DNA from: Planctomycetota bacterium | Lineage (GTDB): Bacteria > Planctomycetota > JAJSAM01 | Direction of reading: 5' to 3' | Assembly: GCA_024274785.1 (NCBI GenBank) | Contig: JAJSAM010000024.1 | Coordinates: 27,880-91,879, forward strand | Length of the DNA stretch: 64,000 nucleotides | Shown: one piece after another, positions 45,944-54,888 of the stretch | Position numbering within the stretch: the first letter of the stretch is position 1 | Layout of the letters: the number at the start of each line of letters is the position of its first letter | Program-made: the position numbers and the translations under genes | The notes under the pieces: model-generated | What the model saw: the letters and a program-made list of their open reading frames with translations, nothing else | What the model was told of the DNA's origin: nothing | Database searches by the model: none

Positions 45944-48589
45944 ATGTTGAACTTGAGGATCGACGATGAAAGCGGCTCGCGCAGTGTGCCGCTGCCCGGG
46001 GGGCCGGTGATCGTGGGGCGAGGCGAGAGTGCCGCGATCCGCCTGACCGAGGTCAAGGCCTCTCGAGAGCACCTCGAAATCCGGCCCCTCGGCAACGGCG
46101 TGGTGGTGCGGGATCTCGGATCGACCAACGGGACGTTCACGGAGGACCGGCGGATCCTGAAGGCCCGGCTCGGCTCCGGGGATGCCTTCCGCATCGGCGA
46201 CACGTGGATCACTCTGGAAGCGGAGCCGTCGCGCTCGGAACGTCAGCCGCGCAAGACTCCCGTCCCCGCGATCCTGCTTACGCTGCTGGCCCCCGCCCTG
46301 GTGCTGCTCATTCTCGGCGAGTTGGGAGTCTCCGCGATCGCATCGGCGCGGCAGGAGAAGATTGACTCAGCGATGCTTCGGATCGAACGCGTCGAGTTCG
46401 AGATGGCCGGTCGGGAGTCCGACCCGGAAAAGGCCGTGGCCGCCCTCGCTCGCTTCACCAGGCGGTATCCGCGCTCCCGGTACGCGCCGGAGGCTGATCG
46501 CCGCCAGGCGGAGATTCTGCCGACGGTGCGGCGGATGCAGATCGCCCGTCAGGAACTCGCCGAACTCGAAGCCGGGACGGAGCGGTACGCTTTCGAGGAA
46601 CTCTACTATCGGTACGAGAAGCTCTACGAGAGCTATCGTAGCCTGCCGGAGATCGCCGCCCGGATCGGCAGCCGGCTGGCCGACCTCGACCGGACGCATC
46701 GCGAGAAACTCGTGGCGATGGTCGATGCGGTTCGCGAAGAGGCGACGTCCCTTGCGGCGAAAGGGGAGTATGGTCGGGCGGTTTCGGCCCTGACCTCCTT
46801 CACCGTTCGGACGCCGGCGGCGGCGGCGAGTTTCAGGGAGGAGATCCGCTCGGCCGAGGCCGAGCTGATGCGGCGCGCGGAGAAGGCCTACCGCGAGTTG
46901 ACCGCCAATGCCGAAGGACTCGCCAGAGATGGCAAGACCGCGGAGGCGGCCGCATTGCTTCGTCGGGAAGCCCCGCGTTTCCTCGGGATCCGTTTCAGCG
47001 CTTTCCTCCGCCTGAGGGCCGATGACTTCGATAGTCGGGGCCGGCCCCGCAGTGCGAGGAAGGAAACCGTCGATCAGCTCACCCTGAGGCGCAGCTACTA
47101 CCTTCTGGCGCAGGAGGCCGAGGAACTCGCCGCCGCCGGGCTCTTCACCCGGGCCGCCGGGAAGTATCGCGGGATCCTCGAGTCGATCGCGCTGCCGGAG
47201 GTCCGGAAGGAGTTCTCGGAGCGTTCGGACGAGCTGTTCCGGCTCTCCGCGCTCATCGCCGACGTTCGCGGGAAGATCAAAGAACGCGGTTCGAAGTTCG
47301 GGTCGGTGAACTTCTCCGGCACGAGGGTCCGGGTCAAGGGCATCGTCGGCGACACGCTGCAACTCGAGATTGCAAAGCAACCGATCACCCGCCAGTGGGA
47401 CTCGCTCGAACCGCGGGAACTGCTGGCTCTGTTCCGCCGGGCACGGCTCACGAAAGAGCAGCGGCTCGATGTGGCGGTGTACTGTTTCGACATGAACCTG
47501 GCCGGGGCGTTCGAGGAGGAGATCCTGGCTGCGCTCGGCGAGGAGAGCCTGAAGGAGAAGGCCGGCCGGCTCTATGCCCACAAGCGGGGTGTTCGTTACC
47601 CCGAGGGCGGCTTTGTGGCCTACAAGGGCCGCATCCTGACCGGGGCGCAGTACGCCGAAGAGGTTCACAAGGAGCAGGTCGTGAAACTCCGGGTTCGCCA
47701 GGTGGAACTCCTGGAGCGGATCCAGGAGCAGCCGGTGATGAAGAAGCTCGCCCGGATGCGCGAACTCCGTCTGAAGCTCGACAAGGCCCGGAAGGTCGCG
47801 CTGGCCCTCATCTTCGACGAGCAGACCTACTTCTACCCCTATCGGGATCGCATGGCCGAGTACATCCCGGTACAGAAAGAGGTGAGCGAGCGCGTCGCCG
47901 TGGTGCGGGACATCTGGGACAACCCACTGAAGATCAGCACGAAGTCGGACCGGTCGGTGTCCTCGCTGCTCGACGAAGCGGACGAGTCCGTCAGGGCCCT
48001 CCGTGATCTGGGCATCGACCCCACCGCCTTCGCCGACCGCGTGGCGGCGATCCGGCTGTACCTGGGGCGGACCTTCACGATCAGGAACTACTTTCACGAC
48101 CAGGCCGAACTGGACCTCTTCACCTACAACGACCACGTTCTGGCTTATAACAAGACCGTCGAGTCGGTGGCGAAGAAGCTCGAGCGGAGACAGGTCGCCG
48201 TCACGAACGCATACCGCCTGATGATGGGACGCAACGCCCTGGTGCTCCACGACCTGCTCGTCCGGACCGCGCGGGGACACAGCGACGAGATGAACAAGCT
48301 CGGCTACTTCAGCCACTTCTCACCGACCGAGGAGCGGCGGACGCCGAACATGCGGGCGAAACTCGAGGGCTACAAGGCCACGGCGCTCTCCGAGAACATC
48401 CACCGCGGCTCCGGAACTCCGGAGGGGGCGCATGACAGTTGGATCCATTCGAGCGGCCACCACCGGAACATCCTGCAGAAGTTCTGGACGGAGATGGGCA
48501 CCGGTCAAGTCGGGAAATTCTGGACGCAGAACTTCGGTCGATCCCGGTTCAAACAGTTCGATCAGGAAGACAAGAACGAGAAGAAGTAG
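45944..48589 (+). CDS. FHA-domain / single-pass TM protein with a long periplasmic helical region and a C-terminal CAP (SCP/PR-1-like) domain
   Basis: AGGAGG RBS. FHA (VIVGRGESAAIRL...GSTNGTFTEDRRI). TM helix VPAILLTLLAPALVLLILGEL. C-terminal HSSGHHRNIL...WTEMGTGQVGKFWTQNFG is CAP-like. Confidence 0.7.
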   Translation: MLNLRIDDESGSRSVPLPGGPVIVGRGESAAIRLTEVKASREHLEIRPLGNGVVVRDLGSTNGTFTEDRRILKARLGSGDAFRIGDTWITLEAEPSRSERQPRKTPVPAILLTLLAPALVLLILGELGVSAIASARQEKIDSAMLRIERVEFEMAGRESDPEKAVAALARFTRRYPRSRYAPEADRRQAEILPTVRRMQIARQELAELEAGTERYAFEELYYRYEKLYESYRSLPEIAARIGSRLADLDRTHREKLVAMVDAVREEATSLAAKGEYGRAVSALTSFTVRTPAAAASFREEIRSAEAELMRRAEKAYRELTANAEGLARDGKTAEAAALLRREAPRFLGIRFSAFLRLRADDFDSRGRPRSARKETVDQLTLRRSYYLLAQEAEELAAAGLFTRAAGKYRGILESIALPEVRKEFSERSDELFRLSALIADVRGKIKERGSKFGSVNFSGTRVRVKGIVGDTLQLEIAKQPITRQWDSLEPRELLALFRRARLTKEQRLDVAVYCFDMNLAGAFEEEILAALGEESLKEKAGRLYAHKRGVRYPEGGFVAYKGRILTGAQYAEEVHKEQVVKLRVRQVELLERIQEQPVMKKLARMRELRLKLDKARKVALALIFDEQTYFYPYRDRMAEYIPVQKEVSERVAVVRDIWDNPLKISTKSDRSVSSLLDEADESVRALRDLGIDPTAFADRVAAIRLYLGRTFTIRNYFHDQAELDLFTYNDHVLAYNKTVESVAKKLERRQVAVTNAYRLMMGRNALVLHDLLVRTARGHSDEMNKLGYFSHFSPTEERRTPNMRAKLEGYKATALSENIHRGSGTPEGAHDSWIHSSGHHRNILQKFWTEMGTGQVGKFWTQNFGRSRFKQFDQEDKNEKK

Positions 48590-48648
48590 CTCCGGGGATT
48601 CCCGGAAGGTCAGGCAGCGCAGGAAGCCACAGCAGGAAGTCACGATCC

Positions 48649-49953
48649 ATGTCCAAGCTGACTATTCACGAGAACGAGCGCGCAACCGTCTACGAGATCC
48701 TCGAGGATTCCCTCACGATCGGGTCCCGGCAGGGCTGCGGGATCAGAGTGAGCGATCCGGTGGTCTCCTCCGAGCATTGCCAGATCACGCTGGTGCCCGG
48801 GGTGGGCTACAAGCTGATCGATCTCGAGAGCCGGGACGGAACGAAGGTCAATGGCGCCTACGTCAACCAGCACCTGCTCCGGGAGGGTGACGTTATCCAG
48901 ATCGGCGCCGTCCGGATCAGCTTCACCGGCGGAGCGCCCGCAACTTCGGCTCCCGGGCCCGCTGCCGCCCCGGTCGCCGCCAGTCCCGCGGTTCCGGCCG
49001 CCCCGGCGCGTCCCGTTCCCGCGGCCGCCCCGGTCCGGCCCGCGCGCCCGTCCGCCCGGCCGAAGTACGCCGGCTATCCCTCGGAGCCGCCGCGTGAGTA
49101 CCGCCAGCCAAGGCGAGGCCGTGGGGGGGACAGCAGCGCCATCATCCTGATGGGAGTGGCCGTCGGTCTGTTGCTCGTGGTGGTCATCGTCATTGCCGTC
49201 GTCAGTTCCGGATCCGGAGCTACCGGCAACGAGAGGATCCTCCTGGAGATGGAGCAGCTGATGTCCAACCATCGGTACCAGGAAGCCATCGACCTCGCCG
49301 GGCAGGCCGACCCCACCGGTGATCCGAGCACCCTGGCCAAGATCGAGTTGAACAAGCAGGGTGCCGCGAACCTGAAGGCAAGGAAGGGCGGGATCAACGC
49401 GGAGAATGCCGCCCTGGTTGCCTACCAGAGAGTCGAGAGTTGGATCCAGAAGCATCGGCAGGACATCCCCGGCTCCATCAAGCAGTGGGAAACCATGGCC
49501 CGCGACCACGCCGGCACCCACTGGGCCTTCAAGGCAAAGCGGAACATGGACGCCCTCCTTTCCGGCGGCCGGAACCCCGAGGGGATTACGCTCTACCCCG
49601 GTGGTGCGGCCACCATCGACCGAGCCTTCACCGAGGTCCAGACGAACGCGAAGGCTCTGGAGGAACAGGAGAAGTTCCAGGCCGTCATCACCTCCTTCTT
49701 CGACTTCTGGGAGGAATACAAGCTCAAGACCACCGACCTGGCGACCTGGGAGAAACGGGTCCAGGACGAGGTCAAGGCCGTCGAGCGTCGAGCCGAATCC
49801 CGCTGGGAGAGTCTGGACTCCCTCGCGAAGCAGTATGTGAAGAACGGTGAGTACGACGCCGCAAAGCGGATGTACCGGAAGGTCACGGACAATTTCGGAA
49901 TCGAGAAGTACGTGGTGCAGGCCGAGGCGGCGCTGAAGAAGATCGGGCGTTAG
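48649..49953 (+). CDS. FHA-domain protein with a Pro/Ala-rich linker, a TM helix and a periplasmic domain
   Basis: FHA (LTIGSRQGCGIRV...ESRDGTKVNGAYV). Linker PAAAPVAASPAVPAAPARPVPAAAPVRP. TM helix AIILMGVAVGLLLVVVIVIAVV. About 230 aa lie outside the membrane. Confidence 0.7.
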   Translation: MSKLTIHENERATVYEILEDSLTIGSRQGCGIRVSDPVVSSEHCQITLVPGVGYKLIDLESRDGTKVNGAYVNQHLLREGDVIQIGAVRISFTGGAPATSAPGPAAAPVAASPAVPAAPARPVPAAAPVRPARPSARPKYAGYPSEPPREYRQPRRGRGGDSSAIILMGVAVGLLLVVVIVIAVVSSGSGATGNERILLEMEQLMSNHRYQEAIDLAGQADPTGDPSTLAKIELNKQGAANLKARKGGINAENAALVAYQRVESWIQKHRQDIPGSIKQWETMARDHAGTHWAFKAKRNMDALLSGGRNPEGITLYPGGAATIDRAFTEVQTNAKALEEQEKFQAVITSFFDFWEEYKLKTTDLATWEKRVQDEVKAVERRAESRWESLDSLAKQYVKNGEYDAAKRMYRKVTDNFGIEKYVVQAEAALKKIGR

Positions 49954-50047
49954 GGGACGCGCAAGAATAACCACGGGATTCGAGGGTCGCCGCTGCATCC
50001 CGCCCGGCTGCGTGCTCGTCGGTTGAGACCGGCCAGGCTTCGCTCCG

Positions 50048-51154
50048 CTACTCCTCGTCCCGCCCGCCTTTCCGGCGCTCCACCAACTCTTCGATCCTGT
50101 GCTCGAGTGCGGCGATCCGGTCGAGGAGGATCTCGTTGGTCTTGTCGATCTGCTCGTTCCGCATTTCGAGGTGCTGGGCGAAACGTTCCATGTGCATCGC
50201 CATCTCCTCGAATCGTCGCTCCATCTCTTCGATGCGCCGGTCCGTCTCCTCGAAGCGCCGGTCCGTCTCCTCGAAGCGCTCGTCCGTCTCCTCGAAGCGC
50301 CGGTCCGTCTCCTCGAAGCGCCGGTCCGTCTCCTCGAAGCGCTCGTCCGTCTCCTCGAAGCGCCGGTCCGTCTCCTCGAAGCGCCGGTCCGTCTCCTCGA
50401 AGCGCCGGTCCGTCTCCTCGAAGCGCTCGTCCGTCTCCTCGAAGCGCCGGTTGACGTTCCGCTCCCGTTCCCGCTCGTCGTCGACTTCAGGACGCCGACG
50501 GTCCTTCCGGTGAGCCCGAAGGAACCGCTCCGCCTCTTCACCGGGGATCCCAAGCCGCTCGGCCAGGTGGATGAACTCGCGGCGAAGCTCGCGCGTCTCG
50601 TCCTCACGGCGTTCCTCACGGAACGGCCGCGCTCGCTCGGTCCGTTCGCGGGTTCCGGCGGATCGCCGTTCGAGTTCGAGTCGTCTCTTCCCCCGACGGA
50701 ATGCCTCTTCCAGTTCCTCACCCCGAAGCCCCTGCGCCTTGAGCTCCCGCTCCAGTTCCTCGAGTCGTTCCGCCCGTTCCCGCTCTTCCCCGCCCCGGAC
50801 CGGCCGCGGTTCAACGCGATCCGCGAGGATCCGCTCGAGCTGCTCCGCCCGATTGAGGAGCTTCTCCCAGCCCTCGTAGCGCTCCGCAATGGCGCCGAGC
50901 TGCTCTCGGGAAGCATCGAATCGCCCGGCGTCGATCAGCGTCTCGACCAGGAGCAGGTGAGACCGGGGTGTGAAGACGGCGTCGTCCGGCCACTCCCGAA
51001 TGACGAGCCGGAAGGCGTCGATCGCCTCCTCCAGCTTCCCCTGTTCCTTCAGAGCGCAGGCGCGTTCCAGGTGCGTGGCGATCTCGCCTTCCGCCAGGAG
51101 GTTGCCCGACAGGGCGACAAGCAGGGTGAGGGCGATCATGACCCGGATGTACAT
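50048..51154 (-). CDS. Secreted Arg/Glu-rich protein with an N-terminal TPR-like region and a heptad tandem-repeat region (RRFEETD)n
   Basis: ATG at 51154 after AAGGAGACG. Signal peptide MYIRVMIALTLLVALSGNLLAEG. Ten perfect plus two degenerate RRFEETD/ERFEETD heptads. Confidence 0.65.
   Translation of the reverse strand: MYIRVMIALTLLVALSGNLLAEGEIATHLERACALKEQGKLEEAIDAFRLVIREWPDDAVFTPRSHLLLVETLIDAGRFDASREQLGAIAERYEGWEKLLNRAEQLERILADRVEPRPVRGGEERERAERLEELERELKAQGLRGEELEEAFRRGKRRLELERRSAGTRERTERARPFREERREDETRELRREFIHLAERLGIPGEEAERFLRAHRKDRRRPEVDDERERERNVNRRFEETDERFEETDRRFEETDRRFEETDRRFEETDERFEETDRRFEETDRRFEETDERFEETDRRFEETDRRIEEMERRFEEMAMHMERFAQHLEMRNEQIDKTNEILLDRIAALEHRIEELVERRKGGRDEE
50203..50457 (-). 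repeat. 21-bp in-frame tandem repeat, about 12 copies, two alternating variants
   Basis: Plus-strand units gcgccggtccgtctcctcgaa and gcgctcgtccgtctcctcgaa repeated head-to-tail. They encode RRFEETD / ERFEETD on the minus strand. Confidence 0.85.
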
Positions 51155-51222
51155 GGCAACGTCTCCTTGCGCGATTGTCCGATGTACCAGCATAACCGCG
51201 AGTCGGCGAAGGTCGAATGAGA

Positions 51223-51822
51223 TCACCGCAAGAGGCGCGCGAGGACGACACCGGCGAGCTCCATCGGCGGTTCATCCCCACGTACGACCAGGTCCGCTCG
51301 CGTGCGTTCGGGTTCAACGAATTCGGAGAACATCACGGCCACTGAGGTCGACCATTGGATCCGGACGGATTCTTCGGTGCGCCCTCGCTCCCGCGTATCC
51401 CGCTCGATGCGGCGCGCCAGCCGGACCGAATCCTCGAGGTCGACGAAGACCATGCCGTCGAGGAGCGCCCTCAGCCCCGGGTACGCGCCGATCAGCGTGC
51501 CCTCGATCAGGACCACCTCACGAGGCTCGACCCGGATCGGTTTCGGGGTACGTGTGTGCGTGGTCATGTCGTAGACCGGTCGTGGAATCGCTCGTCCGTC
51601 TTCGAGCGCTCGAACGTGTGCAGCGAGCAGGTCGAATTCGATGGCGTCCGGGTGATCGAAGTTCCTCGTGGCGCGAGCTTCAGGCTCGAGATGCGCGAGG
51701 TCGCGGTAGTAGTCATCCTGGCGCAGGATGGAGGTTGATTCCTTACCGAGGAGGGTGGCGACCGCACCAAGCAGCGTCGACTTGCCGGATCCCGATCCTC
51801 CCGTGATGCCGAGAACTCTCAA
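51223..51822 (-). CDS. udk: Uridine kinase
   Basis: TTG start at 51822 after GGAGGAG. P-loop GITGGSGSGKST. PRK/uridine-kinase motifs (QDDYY, DHPDAIEFDL). Confidence 0.75.
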   Translation of the reverse strand: MRVLGITGGSGSGKSTLLGAVATLLGKESTSILRQDDYYRDLAHLEPEARATRNFDHPDAIEFDLLAAHVRALEDGRAIPRPVYDMTTHTRTPKPIRVEPREVVLIEGTLIGAYPGLRALLDGMVFVDLEDSVRLARRIERDTRERGRTEESVRIQWSTSVAVMFSEFVEPERTRADLVVRGDEPPMELAGVVLARLLR

Positions 51823-51930
51823 GGCCTCTCCTCCGGGGAGAGCACCGTGCGATCCGCCGCGGCATCGAAGGCCGTGCGTTCGATCGGGGGAGGACCGACG
51901 GCGGGAGTTTCCGTCGGAAGGACGCAACCA

Positions 51931-52998
51931 CTACGTGGACGATACGATGTCACGATAGAGCGTCTCCAGGATCGTGGCGGGTCCCGCCATGCCCATCTTC
52001 TCAGCCGCCCTCCGCCCCGCGGCGCCGCAGGCCACGGCTCGATCAGGCGCCTCGATCAGGCCTGCGATCCGTGCCGCCAGGAGTTCCGGGTCTCCGGTGG
52101 GAACCAGGAAGCCGGTCTCGCCCTCCCTGACCAGGGATAGCGCCGGCCCGTTGCCCTCGGCGACGACCGGGCGCCCCGAGGCCATCGCCATCAGCAGCGC
52201 CCTCCCGAAACCTCCCGGTCGCGCCGCGCGGAGATAGATGTCCGTGGCGGCGAACACCCGTTCGAGATCGAGGGGCAGCCCGGTGACGGTGATGTCCCGG
52301 GACAACCCTTCGTCGCGGATCCTCCCACGCAGCCCGAGATCCCCCGGCCCGTGTCCGGCGATGACGAGGTGCACACCCAATTCGCGCTTCCGGAGGATCT
52401 TCACGGCTCTGAGCAGTGGCTCCATTCCCGGGGCTTTCGGCAGGGGGGCGACGGTGGTGAGGATCGGTCGACCTCCGGCGAACGGCACCGCCGGGACGGG
52501 AAACCGGGAGAGGTCGATTCCCGGTGGCATCACCCGCACCGCCTCGGCCGGGGCCCGCCCCCGGAGGACCAGTTCGTCCCGAATGGACCGTGCGGGGACC
52601 AGGATGCCGCGCAGGAGGCCGTAGCGGGCGGCGACGGCCTTTCCCGGCGTCGAATCCAGGGAGAGGAGGAGGGGGGTGCCCGACGCGCGGGACACGGCCG
52701 ATCCGTGGCGGAACAGTGTCTGGTCGATGATATGGATCAGGTGGGGCTCGAGCGTGGCGACGGCTCGTTTCAGGGCGGGTAACCGGGGGAGATCTTCCAG
52801 GTATCTCCCCGCGAGTTCGACCATCACCACCGGCACGTCGTCGTCTCGATACCGTTGCTCGAGTTCTCCCGGCCCGGCCACCACCGTGACGTGGATCCCC
52901 CGGCAAAGGAGTGCGCGGGCGAGGTCGAGCGTCCGTAGATTCGTCGCCGTTACCTCAAGGGGCCCGGTGAGCAGAACGGCCCGGATCGGGGTGCTCAT
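51931..52998 (-). CDS. Glycosyltransferase, GT-B fold (GT4-like)
   Basis: ATG after GGGAGGGGGAGGA. The C-terminal half has the EX7E-type motif region (GFGRALLMAMASGRPVVAE...). Stop/start overlap with msbA. Confidence 0.75.
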   Translation of the reverse strand: MSTPIRAVLLTGPLEVTATNLRTLDLARALLCRGIHVTVVAGPGELEQRYRDDDVPVVMVELAGRYLEDLPRLPALKRAVATLEPHLIHIIDQTLFRHGSAVSRASGTPLLLSLDSTPGKAVAARYGLLRGILVPARSIRDELVLRGRAPAEAVRVMPPGIDLSRFPVPAVPFAGGRPILTTVAPLPKAPGMEPLLRAVKILRKRELGVHLVIAGHGPGDLGLRGRIRDEGLSRDITVTGLPLDLERVFAATDIYLRAARPGGFGRALLMAMASGRPVVAEGNGPALSLVREGETGFLVPTGDPELLAARIAGLIEAPDRAVACGAAGRRAAEKMGMAGPATILETLYRDIVSST

Positions 52999-54815
52999 TC
53001 CTCCCCCTCCCGGGCGGCCCGGAGGTGCGCGCGATAGGCCTCGCTCTCCCTTTCGAGGGTGTGGTGGTCGCCAACCGCATCGATCTTCCCGCCGATGATG
53101 TTCACCACCAGGTCGGAGCGCCGCAGTGCCCGTTGCCGGTGGGTAATGGCGATGGTCGTCCGGCCCTCGCGGGTTCGAAACAGCGTGTCCATGATCAGGC
53201 GGGCGCTTTCGTCATCCACGTGGGAAGTCGCTTCGTCGAGGATCAGGACGCTCGGCTTCGCCAGGAGCGCCCGGGCGATCGAGATTCGTTGGCGCTGGCC
53301 GCCGGACAGCGCGGCTCCCCGCTCTCCCACTCGTGTGTCGAGGCCAAGAGGCTGTTGGCTTGCGAACTCCATGACGTGGGCCTGTTCCGCGGCTTCCGTC
53401 ACCTCCGCCTCCGTCGCCTCCGGCCGTGCGAATGCGATGTTGGCCCGCATCGTGTCGTTCATCAGGACCGTCTCCTGCGGCACGAGGGCGATCTGTCCCC
53501 GGAGGGAGGAGAGGGTGGCCTGCCGGATATCGGTACCGTCGAACAGGACCGCGCCATCCGTGGGATCGTAAAAGCGAGGCAGGAGTCCGGCCAGCGTGGA
53601 CTTGCCGCTGCCGGATGGTCCCACCATGGACACGAAGCTGCCGGCCGGGATTTCGAGATCGATCCCCCGGAGTGCGTGGCCCCGATCTCCGTAGCGCACG
53701 CGCACGCCGCGCAATTCGATCGACTGTGCAAGCCGGGGCAGGTCGACGGCGTCCGGGGCGTCCCGGATCTCCGGCATCCGGTCCATGTAGGCGAACATCC
53801 GCGTCGCGCCGGCGAGGCCCGCCTGGATCCGGGGAATCGCCGAGGCGATCTTGCGCACCGGTTCGTAGAGGGCGCCGACCGCCACGTAGAGTGTCACCAG
53901 GCGGCTCGCGGCCAGCTCTCCCCGGATCGCCATGGCGCCACCGAGCAGGAGCGCGCTTCCGACCCCGAGGACGATGAGCACTTCCATGGACGGGGAAGTG
54001 ATCGCATCGATCCGGACGAGCCTGGCGGCCCGGTCGCAGAGCTTCTGGTTCTCGGCCATGAAGCGGCCGGTGTCCCGCTCTTCGCTGCGGAAAGCCTGCA
54101 CCACCCGGATGCCGAAGAACGACTCCTGCAGGATGGAGAGGAGCCGGCTCCGGTGTCCGAGGACCCGCTTGCTGATGCGTTTGGCCACGCGTCCCACTTT
54201 GCGGATCAGGAGACCGATCACCGGGAAGATGACGAGTGCGGTCAGAGTCAGGATGGGGGAGATCCAGATGGCGAGCGCGAGGAGGAAGATGAACTGGAGC
54301 GGTTCCCGGAACATCGTCCCGGTGAATGTCTTCAGGGCGCGGATGACCGCATCCCCGTCCGCGGTGAACCGGCTTGCCACGTCGCCGACGCCTTCCCTTT
54401 CGAAGAAGAGCACCGGCTGGCGGATCAGGCTCGAGAAGAGTTCGTTCTGGACGTCGCGGCTCGAGAGGAGGGCGACGGTGCCCACGAGGTACTCATTCAT
54501 GAACCGGAACACGCCCTTCACGACGGTGATCGCGAAGACCAGGCCGATCAGGGAGACGAGCGCGGTCATACGGCTCGTGAAGAAGGTGTCGGCGAGAAAA
54601 TCGGCAAAGTCCACACTGACGACGCCCATCGTGATCCGGACGCCATCCCGGAAGCTCGCGAGTCCTCCGACTTCGAAAAGTGTCTCGAGAATCGGAATCA
54701 GCGTGGAGAGTGAGAGGGAGGTCAACCCGGCCACCATGAAGGAGCACAGAATGGCGAGCGCCACTCTCGACCGGTACGGCCCGAGGTATGAAAGGAGTCT
54801 TCGCAAGGGGCCCAT
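52995..54815 (-). CDS. msbA: ABC transporter permease/ATPase, MsbA-like lipid exporter
   Basis: Six TM helices, then an NBD with Walker A GPSGSGKST, the ABC signature LSGGQRQR and Walker B ILILDEATS. Confidence 0.85.
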   Translation of the reverse strand: MGPLRRLLSYLGPYRSRVALAILCSFMVAGLTSLSLSTLIPILETLFEVGGLASFRDGVRITMGVVSVDFADFLADTFFTSRMTALVSLIGLVFAITVVKGVFRFMNEYLVGTVALLSSRDVQNELFSSLIRQPVLFFEREGVGDVASRFTADGDAVIRALKTFTGTMFREPLQFIFLLALAIWISPILTLTALVIFPVIGLLIRKVGRVAKRISKRVLGHRSRLLSILQESFFGIRVVQAFRSEERDTGRFMAENQKLCDRAARLVRIDAITSPSMEVLIVLGVGSALLLGGAMAIRGELAASRLVTLYVAVGALYEPVRKIASAIPRIQAGLAGATRMFAYMDRMPEIRDAPDAVDLPRLAQSIELRGVRVRYGDRGHALRGIDLEIPAGSFVSMVGPSGSGKSTLAGLLPRFYDPTDGAVLFDGTDIRQATLSSLRGQIALVPQETVLMNDTMRANIAFARPEATEAEVTEAAEQAHVMEFASQQPLGLDTRVGERGAALSGGQRQRISIARALLAKPSVLILDEATSHVDDESARLIMDTLFRTREGRTTIAITHRQRALRRSDLVVNIIGGKIDAVGDHHTLERESEAYRAHLRAAREGEE

Positions 54816-54888
54816 CTAACCGTGGCTCCGTTCCCCCTGCAACGCGATTCGTGCCGCAATTGCCGAGATCGGGCCTTATGCTGAGGGC

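Noticed and set aside
50203-50457. Possible CRISPR array suggested by regularly spaced 21-bp repeats
   Set aside because: The units are head-to-tail with no spacers and the period is far too short. The repeats are in-frame coding sequence, and there are no cas genes.
50099-51220. Plus-strand 373-aa ORF covering the tandem repeat region
   Set aside because: The minus-strand reading has a signal peptide, a strong AAGGAG RBS and a coherent heptad repeat. The plus-strand translation is a Leu/Glu/Pro low-complexity mirror product.
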